DNA from: Rebecca billardiae RCC1528
Taxonomy: Eukaryota > Protista > Haptophyta
Length of the DNA: 64,000 nt
Direction: 5' to 3'
Assembly: GCA_965240325.2 (NCBI GenBank)
Contig: OZ251234.1
Span: 1,550,001 to 1,614,000 of the forward strand
Under the pieces are notes generated by a model. It made no database searches, was not told the origin of the DNA, and saw only the letters and a list, made by a program, of their open reading frames with translations. The translations under genes were made by a program, and so were the position numbers. How positions within the stretch are numbered: the first letter of the stretch is position 1; the number at the start of each line of letters is the position of its first letter. Of this stretch, positions 21,541 through 32,999 are shown one piece after another.

Positions 21541-24500
21541 ATGAGCAGCCTCGGGCCGACGAGCCTATGGCTCGAGCGGGCGACGAGGCGAGTGCTCAGC
21601 GAGCCCAGGCACGGCTTCATCGACGAGTACGCCGACGCCGACGACGAGACCGTCATCCCGTGGCGCATGAAGGACCGGATGAAGACTGTGTCGGTCGCGC
21701 TCGTGCTCTGCCTCAACATCGGCGTCGACCCGCCCGACGTGATCCGCACGCAGCCGTGCGCGCGGAATCTGTGCTGGATCGGTGCGCGTGGCGCCCCTCG
21801 GCGCATGCCCCTGCGCGCGCGCGCGCGCGTGGGTGCGTGGGCGTGCGTGGGCTCCGCGCAAGGCTGGGCTCGAGACACAGCGAAGGCGCGCAAATGCCCG
21901 CTCGCCGGGCCTCACACACCCCGCGCATGCTGCGCGCGCGGCGCCGATGGTGCAGACCCGCTCTCCATGCAGCCGCAGAAGGCGCTCGAGGCCATCGGCA
22001 AGAACCTGCAGATGCAGTACGAGCGCTGGCAGTCGAAGGCGCGGTACCGTCAGCTGCTCGACCCGACGCTCGACGACGTCAAGAAGCTGTGCCTCGCGAT
22101 GCGCCGCGGCGCGAAGGACGAGCGCGTGCTGCTGCACTACGCGGGGCACGGCGTGCCGCGCCCCACCGCGAACGGCGAGATCTGGGTCTTCAACAAGAAC
22201 TACACGCAGTACATCCCGCTCGCCGTGTACGACCTGCTGCAGTGGCTCGGCTCACCGCTCATCCTCGTCGTCGACTCGTCCGCGGCCGGGCTGATGATCG
22301 ACGCGTACAGGGGGATCGTCGCGCAGCAGGCGCAGGCCGCGGCGCACCTCGGTGCGCAGCCGCCGCCGCCGCCGGAGTCGCGCGAGGCGGCAGAAGCGGC
22401 CATGGGTGCGGGCGCGGCCGGAGCGGCTGGCAGCCAGCTGCACGGCGGCGGCGGCGCGCAGGCGCACGCGCGCCTTGCGCACGCGCACCTCAACGGCCAG
22501 CGAGCGCCGTCCCCGCTCGTCGGGCAGGCCGCCGCTGCGGGCAGCCCTGCAGGATTCGCGCAGCGGCGGCCGCAGCAGCAGCCGCAGCAGCAGCCGCAGC
22601 AGCAACCGCAGCAGCAGCAGCAGCCGCAGCCGCCGCCGCAGCAGCAGCAGCAGTCCACCGCGCCCGCGGCGCAGCCGCCGACGTCGCAGCAGCAGCCGCC
22701 GCCGACGTCGCAGCAGCCGCCGCAGCCGCCGCAGCCGCAGCCGCACTCGGTGCCGCGCCGGCCTGCGGAGAGCAGCGTGGTCATCCTCGCCGCGTGCGCG
22801 TCGCACGAGTCTCTCCCGTCGAGCCCCGAGCTGCCGGCCGACCTGTTTACCGCGTGCCTCACGACGCCGATCCACATGGCGCTGCGCTTCTGCTGCGCCT
22901 CGCCGCTGTGCTCCGTGAGCCCCGAGCTGATCGAGCGCATCCCGGGCCACCTGAGCGACCGGCGCACGCCGCTGGGCGAGCTCAACTGGATCTTCACCGC
23001 GATCACCGACACGATCGCGTGGAACTCGTTGCCGCGCGCGCTCTTCCAGCGGCTCTTCCGCGACGACCTGCTGCTCGCCTCGCTCTTCCGCAACTTCCTG
23101 CTCGCCGAGCGCATCGGCCGGTACCACCGCTGCACGCCCGTGTCGCTGCCGCGGCTGCCGCCCATGCACCACCACCACATGTGGGACGCGTGGGACCTGG
23201 CGGCCGAGGCGTGCCTCGCTCAGCTGCCGTCGCTGCTGGCGCACCGGCCGCCTGGCGCTGAGAAGCCCGCCTTCCGTCTCTCCTCCTTCTTCGCCGAGCA
23301 GCTCAGCGCGTTCGAGGTGTGGCTCCGCTTCGCGCCGCGCGGCGTGCGCCCGGGGTCGGTGCCGGAGCAGCTGCCGATCGTGCTGCAGGTGCTGCTCTCG
23401 CAGACGCACCGGCTGCGCGCGCTGCTTCTTCTCGGAAGGTTCCTCGCGATCGGCCCGTGGGCGGTCAACCACGCCCTCTCGGTCGGGATCTTCCCGTACA
23501 TCCTCAAGCTGCTGCAGTCGCCCGCGGCCGAGCTGCGCGTCGTGCTCGCGTTCATCTGGTGCAAGATTGTCGCCCTCGACCCGAGCTGCCAGGCGGACCT
23601 GCTCAAGGACTCGGGGCACGTTTATTTCCTCGCGTTTTTGCAGGCGACGACCGCGCTGGGCGGCGGCGGCGGCGGCGGCGGCGCGGCCGCGCAGGGCGCG
23701 GCGGCGCTGGGGCCGCGCGCGGGCGCGGCGGCGGGCGCGGGCGCCGCGCCGCCCGCCGCTGGGTGCGCGGGCGCGCAGCAGCCCGCTCACGCGGCTGGCG
23801 CGGCCGCGGCAAACGGGCACGGCGGAGAGGGCGGCGCGGCTCGGACCCCCCACGCGGCGCCTCCGCACCGGCCGCCCGCGCAGCCGCAGCCGAGCGCGCA
23901 GCAGCCGACGCCCGCGGCGCCGTCCGTGCAGCTCCCGCCGTCCGCGCAGTCACCGCTCGCGCGCACGCTCGCCCTCTTCGTGCTCTCGCACATCTGCGAC
24001 CACTCGCCCGCGGGCCAGCTCGCGTGCCTCCGCCCGCCGGACGGGCGGGCGTCGCTTCTTGCGCTGTGCGTGTCGCAGCTTGAGCTCGCGGCATCGCCGC
24101 CGCTGGTCCGGCAGTGGGCGTGCCTCTGCCTCGGCAAGCTCTCCGAGGGGTGCGGCCAGGCGCAGAGAGAGGCGCGCGCGCAGCACACGGCCGCGCGCGT
24201 CGCCCAGCTCCTCTCGGCCGACCCGTCGCCGGAGGTGCGCGCGTGCGCGCTCTTTGCCATGCAGCGGCTCGTGGGCCTCACGGATGAGCTGGAGGGTGCG
24301 GGCGGCGGCGCGGACGGCCCGGCCGGTGGCGGCGCTGCTGGCAGCGCGGGCGCGGGCGGCGCGCCGAGCGCCGGGGCGAATGCGTGCGCGGCCGCGGCCC
24401 ACGCCGAGAGCGCTGGCGTCGGCGGCGAAGAGCCCTTCGCCTCGGGCGCCGAGCCCTCGGCGAGCGATGCGCGCGTGATGATTGCGTGCACGGCCGCCGA

Positions 24501-27500
24501 CGCGTGCGCGCGCGACGCCTCGCCGCTGGTGCGGCGCCAGCTGGCGATGCTGATCACGAGGCTCGCGCTGAAGCAGCCGTCGGCGTTTCAAACCCCCGCG
24601 GCGGCGGTGGCGACGCCGTCGAGCGGCGGCGGCGCGTCGTCCTCGGCAGCGGGCGCGCGCTCGCGCACGCCGACGCGTGGCAGCAGCGCGTGCGCCGCGC
24701 ACGCGCTCGCGCACGCGCACGCGCAGCCCGCCGGTGCCGGTGCGATCGCGGCGCCGCCGTCGCTGAGCGTGCACGTCGGGCAGCACGGCGGCGCGCCCAT
24801 GTCGCCGCGCTCGCCGCACGAGCGCGCGCTCGCGAACGTGCCAGAGGCGGAGACGGCCTCGCACCCTGACGGCGGGCGCGAGGTGCGGCGTGGCGGCGGC
24901 GGCGCGGACGCGAACGGCGCTTCGCGCGCGGCCGGGTGCGTCGGCAGCCTCGGCAGCAGCAGCGCCGGCAGCGCGCCGCGCGCTCATGGCACGTACGACG
25001 GCGTGGGCGCGCACTCGACCGCGGCGGCGCGGCGGCGCGAGCAGCTGTGCCGCGCCGCGCTCGCGCTCGTCAACGACCCGATGCCCGCCGTCGCCGCACC
25101 GGTGCGCGCCAGCCTGGGCGACACGTGGGTTGCGGAGAGCGCCGCCGCCGCGGGTGTGAGCACGCCAAGCACCCGCCGACGCTCCGGGAGCGTCGCAGGG
25201 TTCTCGACGGAGCGGCGCGGCGCCGACTCGGCGGGCAGCCACGGAACCGCCGCCGCCGCGCCGCCCAACGCCGCGGCGGCTGGGGGCGGCGGCGGCAGCA
25301 GCGCGAGCGGCAGCGTCGGCACGTCGGCGCACGCCGGTTCGGTCGGCCCCGCGCCCGGCGCGCCGACGCCCCTCGGCCTGACGCGCGCAGAGTCGCTGCG
25401 CACGCTGCGGCATGACTCGAGCCTGGCGGGCGGCGCGGCGCTGCCCGCGCCGGGCGGCTCGCGCGGGCTCCGCTCCTCCGCCTCCGCCGCCGCCATCTTC
25501 AGAGGCGGCTCCGGCGAGGCCGGGCAGGGCGCGCTCGGCGCGGACGCTGGCCGTGCGCCGCCGCCGCCAAGCCCGAGCGAGGCGGCCGCTGTCCACGACG
25601 ACCTGTACCTGTGGTGCGTGCGCCGGTTCGCGCGAGTGATGCCCGTGCTCGACGCGAGCGGCAACCTGATCTCGCGGGAGGAGGCGGATGCGATGGACGC
25701 GGCGGAGGGCGGCGGCGGCGGCGCCGACGGCGGCGCGGGCGGCGCGGGCGGCGCGCAGGGGGCGGCGCCGCCACAGCTTGCACCCCACCGGCCAAGTGCC
25801 GACGTCGTCTCCTCGTCGCGCTCCTCGCCCGGCGGCGGCGGCGCGCCGCCTGCCTGCTCGGCCGAGCTCGGCACGCCGCCGTCCGCCGTCGGCACGCAGC
25901 CGGCGAGCTCGCATGCCTCCGCGTCGGCGCGCGCGTTCGGCGCGCGGCAGTCGCAGCCGCCCTCGCCTGCGCCGACCGCCAGCGCGCACAAGCGAGGCAC
26001 GCCCACGCGCACGTCCGCCTCGGCCGGCGCCGAGTGGGACAACCTGGCCTTCGAGCACGAGGTGCGTGCGCGGCGGGAGCGCGGGCGCGCGGAGGCGCGC
26101 GGAGGAGTGCGGACGCGTGAGGGCGCGCGGCGCGAAGGCCGAGAGCGCGGGCGGGCGGGCGGGCGGGCGCCGCCCGCGGCCGCACCCGAGGCCGCGCGGC
26201 CGACGCGAGGCGCTCGGCGCACCTCGCTCACGCGCGCTGCGCCCCGCGTGCCGCGCCGCGCCGCGCCGCGCTCCCTCCGGGCGCGCGCTCGCCTCGTGTC
26301 ACGTCCGCCGCCCCCCGCGTGGACCCGCGTGCGCGCCGCGGCGCCGCGCGTGACTCCGCGCCGCATGCGTGGCCGCGCGCGCGCGCAGCTCGCGGTGCTC
26401 GACAGCAAGTCGTCGGCCAAGGTCGGGCGGTGCCTGTTCCACCCGAGCGCGCCGCTGCTCGCCGTGTGCGACTCGCGCGACACGATCACGGTGTGGGCGT
26501 ACGGGCAAGGCCAGTGCGCGCGGGTCAACCAGTTCAGCTGCGGCGGCGGCGGCGGCGGCGCGCTGGTACGCGTGAGCACGCTCGCGCTGGTGAACGAGGC
26601 TGATGGCGGCTCGGGCGCCGGGCCGCTGCTGCTCGCGTGCACGGATGACGGCGCGGTGCGCGTGTGGCGGCAGTGGTGCGCGCGCGCTCGCGCGCGCGCA
26701 AGCCGTCCGCGCGCGCGCGTGTGCGTGTGCAACCCAGCGCGGCGGCTGACCCGCCGCACGGCGCGCCGCGCGCCCTCTCGTCGCTCGCTCTCGACTCGCA
26801 GGGCCACGCCCTCGCACCAGACGCTCGTGACCGCCTTCTCGGCGATCGAGGACGACGTCGGTCTCGGCGACACGCCGAGCGGTGTGCCGTGCGTGCCGCC
26901 CTCCGCCTCCTCCGCCTCCGCCTCCGCGCCGCCGCCGCGCGGGACCGTGTGCCTCTGGAGCCAGCGGCGCGGGCAGCTGCTCGCGTGCGCGCGCGGCACG
27001 CCCGCGCCCGTCATCTCCGTCTGGGACCTGGAGGCGGAGCGCTGCGTGCAGCGGCTGCTCACCGGGCCAGACGGCGCGGGGCAGCACGTCACCGCGCTCA
27101 GCGAGCTGGGCAGCGGGCTCTCGCCCGCCGTGCTCGCCGCGGGCGTCTCGAGCGGCTCGATCCGGATCTACGACCTGCGCTCCGGCTGCTACTCGTCGCA
27201 CGCGACACTCGGCGGCGCGGGGCGCTCCGCCATCATCTCGCTGCAGGCGCAGGCGGACGACGCGCCCGGCGCGCGGCCGGGCGGCGCGTGCGCGCCGCTC
27301 GTCTCCGGCTGCGCGGGCGGCACGGTGCGGCTGTGGGACCTGCGCACGTGGGCGGCGCACACCACCATCGACGCGCACCGCGGCTCGATGTCGGCGCTCG
27401 CGCTGCACGACAGCGCGCCGGTGCGCCGCCGCGGAGCCGCCGCACGCCGCCGTCCTGCGCGCACGCGCCGCCGCGCGCCACGCGTCGTGGACTGCGCCGA

Positions 27501-27780
27501 TCCCCGTCGCGCCATACCGCCCCGCGCGCGCGCCATCTCCGCCGTGCTGCGCCCCGCCCCGCCCCGCGCGCAGGTGATGGCCTCGGGCTCGCGCAACCAG
27601 TTCATCAAGGTGCTGAGCCTGAGCGGCGAGACGCTCAACCACATCCGGTACCACGACGGCTTCCTGGGCACGCGCATCGGCCCGGTCACGTGCCTCGCCT
27701 TCCACCCGACCGAGCGGCTGCTGGCGGCCGGCGCGACCGACTCGATCGTGAGTATCTACTCGTGCGCGCACCGGAGGTGA
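21541..27780 (+). CDS. RPTOR: RAPTOR/KOG1 (TORC1 subunit); introns 21782-21955, 26062-26388, 26676-26801, 27421-27573
   Basis: RNC motifs [49 protein letters not shown] and [14 protein letters not shown]; HEAT repeats; WD40 end [22 protein letters not shown]. Splicing gives CWIDPLSM. Confidence 0.97.
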   Translation: MSSLGPTSLWLERATRRVLSEPRHGFIDEYADADDETVIPWRMKDRMKTVSVALVLCLNIGVDPPDVIRTQPCARNLCWIGARGAPRRMPLRARARVGAWACVGSAQGWARDTAKARKCPLAGPHTPRACCARGADGADPLSMQPQKALEAIGKNLQMQYERWQSKARYRQLLDPTLDDVKKLCLAMRRGAKDERVLLHYAGHGVPRPTANGEIWVFNKNYTQYIPLAVYDLLQWLGSPLILVVDSSAAGLMIDAYRGIVAQQAQAAAHLGAQPPPPPESREAAEAAMGAGAAGAAGSQLHGGGGAQAHARLAHAHLNGQRAPSPLVGQAAAAGSPAGFAQRRPQQQPQQQPQQQPQQQQQPQPPPQQQQQSTAPAAQPPTSQQQPPPTSQQPPQPPQPQPHSVPRRPAESSVVILAACASHESLPSSPELPADLFTACLTTPIHMALRFCCASPLCSVSPELIERIPGHLSDRRTPLGELNWIFTAITDTIAWNSLPRALFQRLFRDDLLLASLFRNFLLAERIGRYHRCTPVSLPRLPPMHHHHMWDAWDLAAEACLAQLPSLLAHRPPGAEKPAFRLSSFFAEQLSAFEVWLRFAPRGVRPGSVPEQLPIVLQVLLSQTHRLRALLLLGRFLAIGPWAVNHALSVGIFPYILKLLQSPAAELRVVLAFIWCKIVALDPSCQADLLKDSGHVYFLAFLQATTALGGGGGGGGAAAQGAAALGPRAGAAAGAGAAPPAAGCAGAQQPAHAAGAAAANGHGGEGGAARTPHAAPPHRPPAQPQPSAQQPTPAAPSVQLPPSAQSPLARTLALFVLSHICDHSPAGQLACLRPPDGRASLLALCVSQLELAASPPLVRQWACLCLGKLSEGCGQAQREARAQHTAARVAQLLSADPSPEVRACALFAMQRLVGLTDELEGAGGGADGPAGGGAAGSAGAGGAPSAGANACAAAAHAESAGVGGEEPFASGAEPSASDARVMIACTAADACARDASPLVRRQLAMLITRLALKQPSAFQTPAAAVATPSSGGGASSSAAGARSRTPTRGSSACAAHALAHAHAQPAGAGAIAAPPSLSVHVGQHGGAPMSPRSPHERALANVPEAETASHPDGGREVRRGGGGADANGASRAAGCVGSLGSSSAGSAPRAHGTYDGVGAHSTAAARRREQLCRAALALVNDPMPAVAAPVRASLGDTWVAESAAAAGVSTPSTRRRSGSVAGFSTERRGADSAGSHGTAAAAPPNAAAAGGGGGSSASGSVGTSAHAGSVGPAPGAPTPLGLTRAESLRTLRHDSSLAGGAALPAPGGSRGLRSSASAAAIFRGGSGEAGQGALGADAGRAPPPPSPSEAAAVHDDLYLWCVRRFARVMPVLDASGNLISREEADAMDAAEGGGGGADGGAGGAGGAQGAAPPQLAPHRPSADVVSSSRSSPGGGGAPPACSAELGTPPSAVGTQPASSHASASARAFGARQSQPPSPAPTASAHKRGTPTRTSASAGAEWDNLAFEHEVRARRERGRAEARGGVRTREGARREGRERGRAGGRAPPAAAPEAARPTRGARRTSLTRAAPRVPRRAAPRSLRARARLVSRPPPPAWTRVRAAAPRVTPRRMRGRARAQLAVLDSKSSAKVGRCLFHPSAPLLAVCDSRDTITVWAYGQGQCARVNQFSCGGGGGGALVRVSTLALVNEADGGSGAGPLLLACTDDGAVRVWRQWCARARARASRPRARVCVCNPARRLTRRTARRAPSRRSLSTRRATPSHQTLVTAFSAIEDDVGLGDTPSGVPCVPPSASSASASAPPPRGTVCLWSQRRGQLLACARGTPAPVISVWDLEAERCVQRLLTGPDGAGQHVTALSELGSGLSPAVLAAGVSSGSIRIYDLRSGCYSSHATLGGAGRSAIISLQAQADDAPGARPGGACAPLVSGCAGGTVRLWDLRTWAAHTTIDAHRGSMSALALHDSAPVRRRGAAARRRPARTRRRAPRVVDCADPRRAIPPRARAISAVLRPAPPRAQVMASGSRNQFIKVLSLSGETLNHIRYHDGFLGTRIGPVTCLAFHPTERLLAAGATDSIVSIYSCAHRR

Positions 27781-28145
27781 GCCCGCCCGGCTGCCTCTGT
27801 GCCACAGCGCCTTCATGCGCGCACGGCACCGATGACGCGGATTACGGGCGATACGGCATACACCCAAGGCCGAGTATGAGTAGATCGTATCTATAGGTAG
27901 CTACTACTGCTCGTCGATGATGATAAAGATCGCGGGCGCGGGCGCCGGCGCCCGCGCCGGCGCCCGCGCCAGCGCCCGCGCCGGCGCCGGCGCCGGGCTC
28001 GCGCGGGCGCCCGCGCCGGCGCCGGCTCCCCCGGGTAAATTCGTCATGGTTAATTTACCCGTCAGTAATGGCGGAGACGATAATACGTACGTCGTACTTG
28101 CCGTGGTCCCCTGCGCCCGGCTCCGTCACGCTCCAGACTGCGTCG

Positions 28146-30818
28146 ATGAGCGCGGCCGTTGCACGGCACCGCCGTTCCGCCCATGGCGCGCCGCCCCGCC
28201 TCGTGCGTGCTCTCGCCGCGCTTCTCGCATGCGCGCTCTCGTGCTCGCTCGCACGCGCGCAGCTCGCGCACGGCGAGCCGGTTGCTGCGCCGGCAGCGAG
28301 CGACGGCGGGGCGCGCGGCGGAGGCAGCGCAGCGGGCGACGCGCCCACGGAGGCGGGGCGCGAAGCCCTCGTGATTGGCATTAGCGCCTACGCCAAAGAT
28401 CCCCTCACCAACCCCGGCAACGATGCCACTGACGTTGCCGCTGCCCTCGAGCTTCTGGGCTTCCGCGTGCTCCTGAAGATCAACTGTGCACTTGACGACT
28501 TCGAGGAAGCTCTCGGCACCTTTCAGAGCCGACTCCGCCCGGGCACAGCTGCCCTCTTCTACTTCTCCGGCCACGGCTGCGAGTTTGAAGGCCACAATTA
28601 CCTTCTGCCCGCTGACTGGCGCAGCGGCGGCAGGGACACGACGCTTCGTCGCCGCGCCATCTCTGCGCAGGAGGTGCTCAACAGCATGAAGGTGCGTGAG
28701 AGTGGGATCAACATCATCATCCTCGATGCTTGCCGATCGCAGTACAATGGCGTCGTCCGGTCCACCCGGGATGCCCCCGCTGGTCTCGTGCCCATGCTGC
28801 CCCCTGATATGCGCGATGGGGGCACTGTCATCGCCTATGCCACTGCGCCTGGTGCTGTCAGCTTTGATAGCGATGGACAGTTCGGTCGCAATGGCATGTA
28901 CACCACGCACTTGCTGCGACACATCACCACCCCCGGGCTGCGCGTGGTGGACATGCTGGACGAGGTGGCTTTCTCCCTGCGCGAGGCGGTAGCGAAGCTC
29001 AGCCACCACAGCAAGCGGTTCGAGCAGCAGGTGCCGTGGGTCAACAGCGCATGGAGTGCCAGGCAGGCCAAGAACTTCTGCCTCGCAGGCATTGCTGCAC
29101 CTGATGACACACCTCATCGCCCGACTGGCCAGGGGGCTGTCGACGACCTCGAGATGGCGGGCTCCATCGCTCCTCTGGTGCAGCTGCTACACGGCGCCAC
29201 TGCAGGCGACCGAGAGGCAGCCGCTCGCGCACTCTGGAACTTGGCTGTGATGAACAATAGCAACAAGGTGGCCATCGCGCGGACTGGCGCCATCGCGCCC
29301 CTGGTGAAGCTGCTGGGCGACAGAAGTGCAGGCGTGCGCAGGGCAGCCGCTGGCGCACTGGGGACCGTGGCTGGAAGCGCTGACAACCAGGTGGCCATCG
29401 CGCGGGCTGGTGCCATCGCTCCGCTGGTGAAGCTGCTGGGCGACAGCACTGCAGGCGTGCGAGAGGCAGCCGCTAGCGCGCTGGGGAGCGTGGCTGGGAA
29501 CGCTGACAACCAGGTGGCCATCGCACGGGCTCGCGGCATCGCTCCGCTGGTGAAGCTGCTGGGCGACAGCATTGCAGCCGTGCGCGAGGCAGCCGCTGGC
29601 GCGCTGCGCGACGTGGCTGGGAGCACTGACAACCAGGTGGCCATCGTGCGGGCTCGCGCCATCGCTCCGCTGGTGAAGCTGCTGGGCGACAGCACTGCGG
29701 GCGTGCGCGAGGCAGCCGCTGGCGCGCTGGGGAGCGTGGCTGGGAACGCTGACAACCAGGTGGCCATCGCACGGGCTGGCGCCATCGCTCCGCTGGTGGA
29801 GCTGCTGGGCGACAGAAGTGCAGGCGTGCGCGAGGCAGCCGCGAACGCACTGGGGAATGCGATGCGTGGGAACGCTGACAACAAGGTGGCCGTCGCGCGG
29901 GCTGGCGCCATCGCTCCCCTGGTGAAGCTGCTGGGCGGCAGAAGTGCAGGCGTGCGCGAGGCAGCCGCCAGAGCGCTGGGGAACGTGGCTGGGAGCGCTG
30001 ACAACCAGGTGGCCATCGCACGGGCTGGCGCCATCGCTCCCCTGGTGAAGCTGCTGGGCGACAGCAATGCAGGCGTGCGCAGAAACGCCGCTGCCACGCT
30101 GGGGAATGCGATGGCTGGGAACGTTGGCAACCGTGTGGCCATCGCGCGGGCTGGCGCCATCGCTCCCCTGGTGAAGCTGCTGGGCGACAGCTCGGCAGGC
30201 GTGCGCGAGAAAGCAGCTGCCGCACTGGGGAACCTGATGGCTGGGAACGCTGGCAACAAGGTGGCCATCGCGCGGGCTGGCGCCATCGCTCTGCTGGTGA
30301 AGCTGCTCGGCGACAGCACTGCTGGCGTGCGCAAGGCAGCCGCTAGCGCGCTGGGGAACGTGGCTGGGCACGCTGACAACCAGGTGGCCGTCGCGCGGGC
30401 TGGCGCCATCGATCCCCTGGTACGGCTGCTGGGCGACAGCACTGCAGGCGTGCGCGAGGCAGCCGCCAAAGCGCTGTGGAACGTGGCTGAGAACGCTGAC
30501 AACCAGGTGGCCATCGTACGGGCTGGCGCCATCGCTCCGCTGGTGAAGCTGCGGGGCGACAGCACTGCAGGCGTGCGCGAGGCAGCCGCTGGCGCGCTGG
30601 GGAACTTGGCAGTGAGCAATGTTGAAAATCACGTGGCCATGGTGAGGGCAGGCACCTTCCTTCCAGTGGTGAAGCTGTTGGGCGACAAGAATGCACTCGT
30701 GCGCGAGGCAGCAGCTGGCGTGCTCTGCAGCTTTTTGGTCGCGATCGCTGAGCCAGCTGGTGTGATCGTTCTTATTTCGCTTTACGCCTGGAGGGTCATT
30801 CACTCATTGCAGGAATAG
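28146..30818 (+). CDS. Caspase-family (Peptidase C14) protease with predicted signal peptide, about 13 armadillo repeats and a hydrophobic C-tail
   Basis: Motifs ALVIGISAY, LTNPGNDA, FYFSGHG (His), IILDACR (Cys), IAYATAPG and QQVPW. ARM units GAIAPLVKLL...VREAAAxALxN. No introns seen. Alternative ATG at 28068. Confidence 0.92.
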   Translation: MSAAVARHRRSAHGAPPRLVRALAALLACALSCSLARAQLAHGEPVAAPAASDGGARGGGSAAGDAPTEAGREALVIGISAYAKDPLTNPGNDATDVAAALELLGFRVLLKINCALDDFEEALGTFQSRLRPGTAALFYFSGHGCEFEGHNYLLPADWRSGGRDTTLRRRAISAQEVLNSMKVRESGINIIILDACRSQYNGVVRSTRDAPAGLVPMLPPDMRDGGTVIAYATAPGAVSFDSDGQFGRNGMYTTHLLRHITTPGLRVVDMLDEVAFSLREAVAKLSHHSKRFEQQVPWVNSAWSARQAKNFCLAGIAAPDDTPHRPTGQGAVDDLEMAGSIAPLVQLLHGATAGDREAAARALWNLAVMNNSNKVAIARTGAIAPLVKLLGDRSAGVRRAAAGALGTVAGSADNQVAIARAGAIAPLVKLLGDSTAGVREAAASALGSVAGNADNQVAIARARGIAPLVKLLGDSIAAVREAAAGALRDVAGSTDNQVAIVRARAIAPLVKLLGDSTAGVREAAAGALGSVAGNADNQVAIARAGAIAPLVELLGDRSAGVREAAANALGNAMRGNADNKVAVARAGAIAPLVKLLGGRSAGVREAAARALGNVAGSADNQVAIARAGAIAPLVKLLGDSNAGVRRNAAATLGNAMAGNVGNRVAIARAGAIAPLVKLLGDSSAGVREKAAAALGNLMAGNAGNKVAIARAGAIALLVKLLGDSTAGVRKAAASALGNVAGHADNQVAVARAGAIDPLVRLLGDSTAGVREAAAKALWNVAENADNQVAIVRAGAIAPLVKLRGDSTAGVREAAAGALGNLAVSNVENHVAMVRAGTFLPVVKLLGDKNALVREAAAGVLCSFLVAIAEPAGVIVLISLYAWRVIHSLQE
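29155..30740 (+). repeat. Homogeneous 123/126-bp coding tandem repeat (ARM array)
   Basis: The unit gccatcgc(g/a)cgggctggcgccatcgctcc(g/c)ctggtgaagctgctgggcgacagc recurs with few changes. Confidence 0.95.
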
Positions 30819-31435
30819 GGGGTCCATGACAGCAGCCCACTGATTTGTGAATTTCGACAACCATGCGATTTAGGTGTCTGACGAGCGAGGCGCTTGCGAA
30901 GGCACCCACAAATATGTCCTGGAACCCAGCCCAGCCGTCAGAAGCACTCATGATGCAAAACCGACTCCGCGTGCCGCGTCGGCGTCGCGCCGGTCCGGTG
31001 CGCGCACGGGCAGGCGGCTGCGCTAAATGTCAGTCACTGTGTCACATAACGACTACTACATATTCAGCAGCCAAACGTCAACGACTTGTTATGATGGCGG
31101 CTAAATGACGGTATGTCGTCGGACTTACTAATTACTTATTCATAGTAACCGTTGCAACCCGCCCCAACAAAATTATGGCGCACGGCCCCCCCGAAAGGTC
31201 TGAGCGTGAGCGAAAGCCGGGGGGGGCGGCGCACGTGCTCCGCAAAATCAAAAAAGACGAGGCGCGCAGGATTTGCGGGATTTTGTAGGTGGATTTAGCT
31301 GAGTGAACAACGCATTTGAGTCCATATCGCTGCTCATGATTGCGTTTGTACTGCCCCTTAATTTTACGATAGTAATTAATAGAAGAAATCGAAATCAAAT
31401 AGGACAAAGACATCGATCTAGCTACCTTTCTGATA

Positions 31436-32076
31436 GTCAAGATTCGCCTGTTGAACAGATTGCAAACAAGGTCTGAGATATCGAACATTCTTTTGATAGA
31501 TAGTCGTTCACTCCTCATATTCATCAAGCGACGCGAGATGTTATTGCGCGGGTAGTCCGAACCGACGTTCCCGCGCGCTCTCATATCATACGGCTATCGA
31601 GCTACTGACTTGCTGATATACTCTTGGTCATCTGCTGATACGACGTCAATATGTGTCAAGATTCGCCTGTTGAACAGATTGCAAACAAGGTCTGAGATAT
31701 CGAACATTCTTTTGATAGTCGTTCGCTCCTCATATTCATCAAGCGACGCGAGATGTTATTGCGCGGGTAGTCCGAACCGACGTTCCCGCGCGCTCTCATA
31801 TCATACGGCTATCGAGCTACTGACTTGCTGATATACTCTTGGTCATCTGCTGATACGACGTCAATATGCGTCAAGATTCGCCTGTTGAACAGATTGCAAA
31901 CAAGGTCTGAGATATCGAACATTCTTTTGATAGTCGTTCACTCCTCATATTCATCAAGCGACGCGAGATGTTATTGCGCGGGTAGTCCGAACCGACGTTC
32001 CCGCGCGCTCTCATATCATACGGCTATCGAGCTACTGACTTGCTGATATACTCTTGGTCATCTGCTGATACGACGT
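31436..32076. repeat. Three tandem ~215-bp AT-richer units
   Basis: Units start gtcaagattcgcctg at 31436, 31655 and 31870. Unit 1 carries a 4-bp GATA insertion. Confidence 0.96.
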
Positions 32077-32958
32077 TGACCAATACTAATAGTGCGGGTG
32101 GTAATCCATATATCGGCTTATTGTATTGCGCAGGTGATAGATCTCTTTCAAACCCGATATTTCGTTCTTTGAAGATCGAGCTACGCGCGCCCGCGCTCGC
32201 TCGAAGACTGCCACGGTGACTGTGCGGGTGGGCTCTGCAGGGCCGCACCGCTGCGGACCCGTTGCAAGCGTGAGCGCCGAAAAAACGACACTTCGGCGGC
32301 CTAGAGTGACGATACAGTCTTGCAGGCGGCGGCGGCGGCGGCGGGAGCGTGACAGTGCGTCTACCATCACATTCCGTCTAGCGCGCTACGCCGCGCGTGC
32401 CGGGTAGTGCCCCCGGCCCGCCGCAGCAGCAGCCTCGACAAGTGAAGAGACGATGACCGCGGACGCAGTGCCGCCGAGTACAGCCTGCATCCACTTGCCG
32501 CGCGGCGCGCACTGTAGTTGCACTTGCAGCGCTCGCGCTCGGCGAGCATGGGCGTGCGCTCAGGCGTGTCAAGTGCTGTCTCGTCGGCGCGCTTTCGCCT
32601 GCCACCTCGTGCACCCGTGCACGCAGCTTCATCGTCTTCATGAGGACTGCTGTGCTGCTGTCGCCATCACCCGAGTCCGAGTCGCGCGCGGCGCGCGCGG
32701 TGGCAGCTGTGCACCGCAGAGTGTCACCGCTGCTGCTTCGCAGCAGTCATCAGCAGCTGCGTCGTCATCCTCCTAGTCGTCGGCTTCCACTGCCGCAAGA
32801 GGGAACGCTGCCAAAGCTGCAGTTGGGAGGCAAGCCCTTCTCTCTTCCCACCGCGGCGCGCGCGCTGCGACAGCCCTCCCCGTTTCCTTCTCTTGACCAC
32901 CTGCTGAGGGTTTTGCAGCTCGATCTCGGCAACGGCAGCACCTGGCGACGAACGGATT

Positions 32959-32999
32959 GGATTGGTGCACGGGGAATTGGATTCCCCGTGCACCAATCC
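32959..32999. repeat. Perfect 19-bp inverted repeat with 3-nt loop
   Basis: ggattggtgcacggggaat-tgg-attccccgtgcaccaatcc. Confidence 0.97.

Noticed and set aside
31436-32076. CRISPR-like array
   Set aside because: The units are contiguous ~215-bp near-identical copies with no unique spacers, and no cas genes are present.
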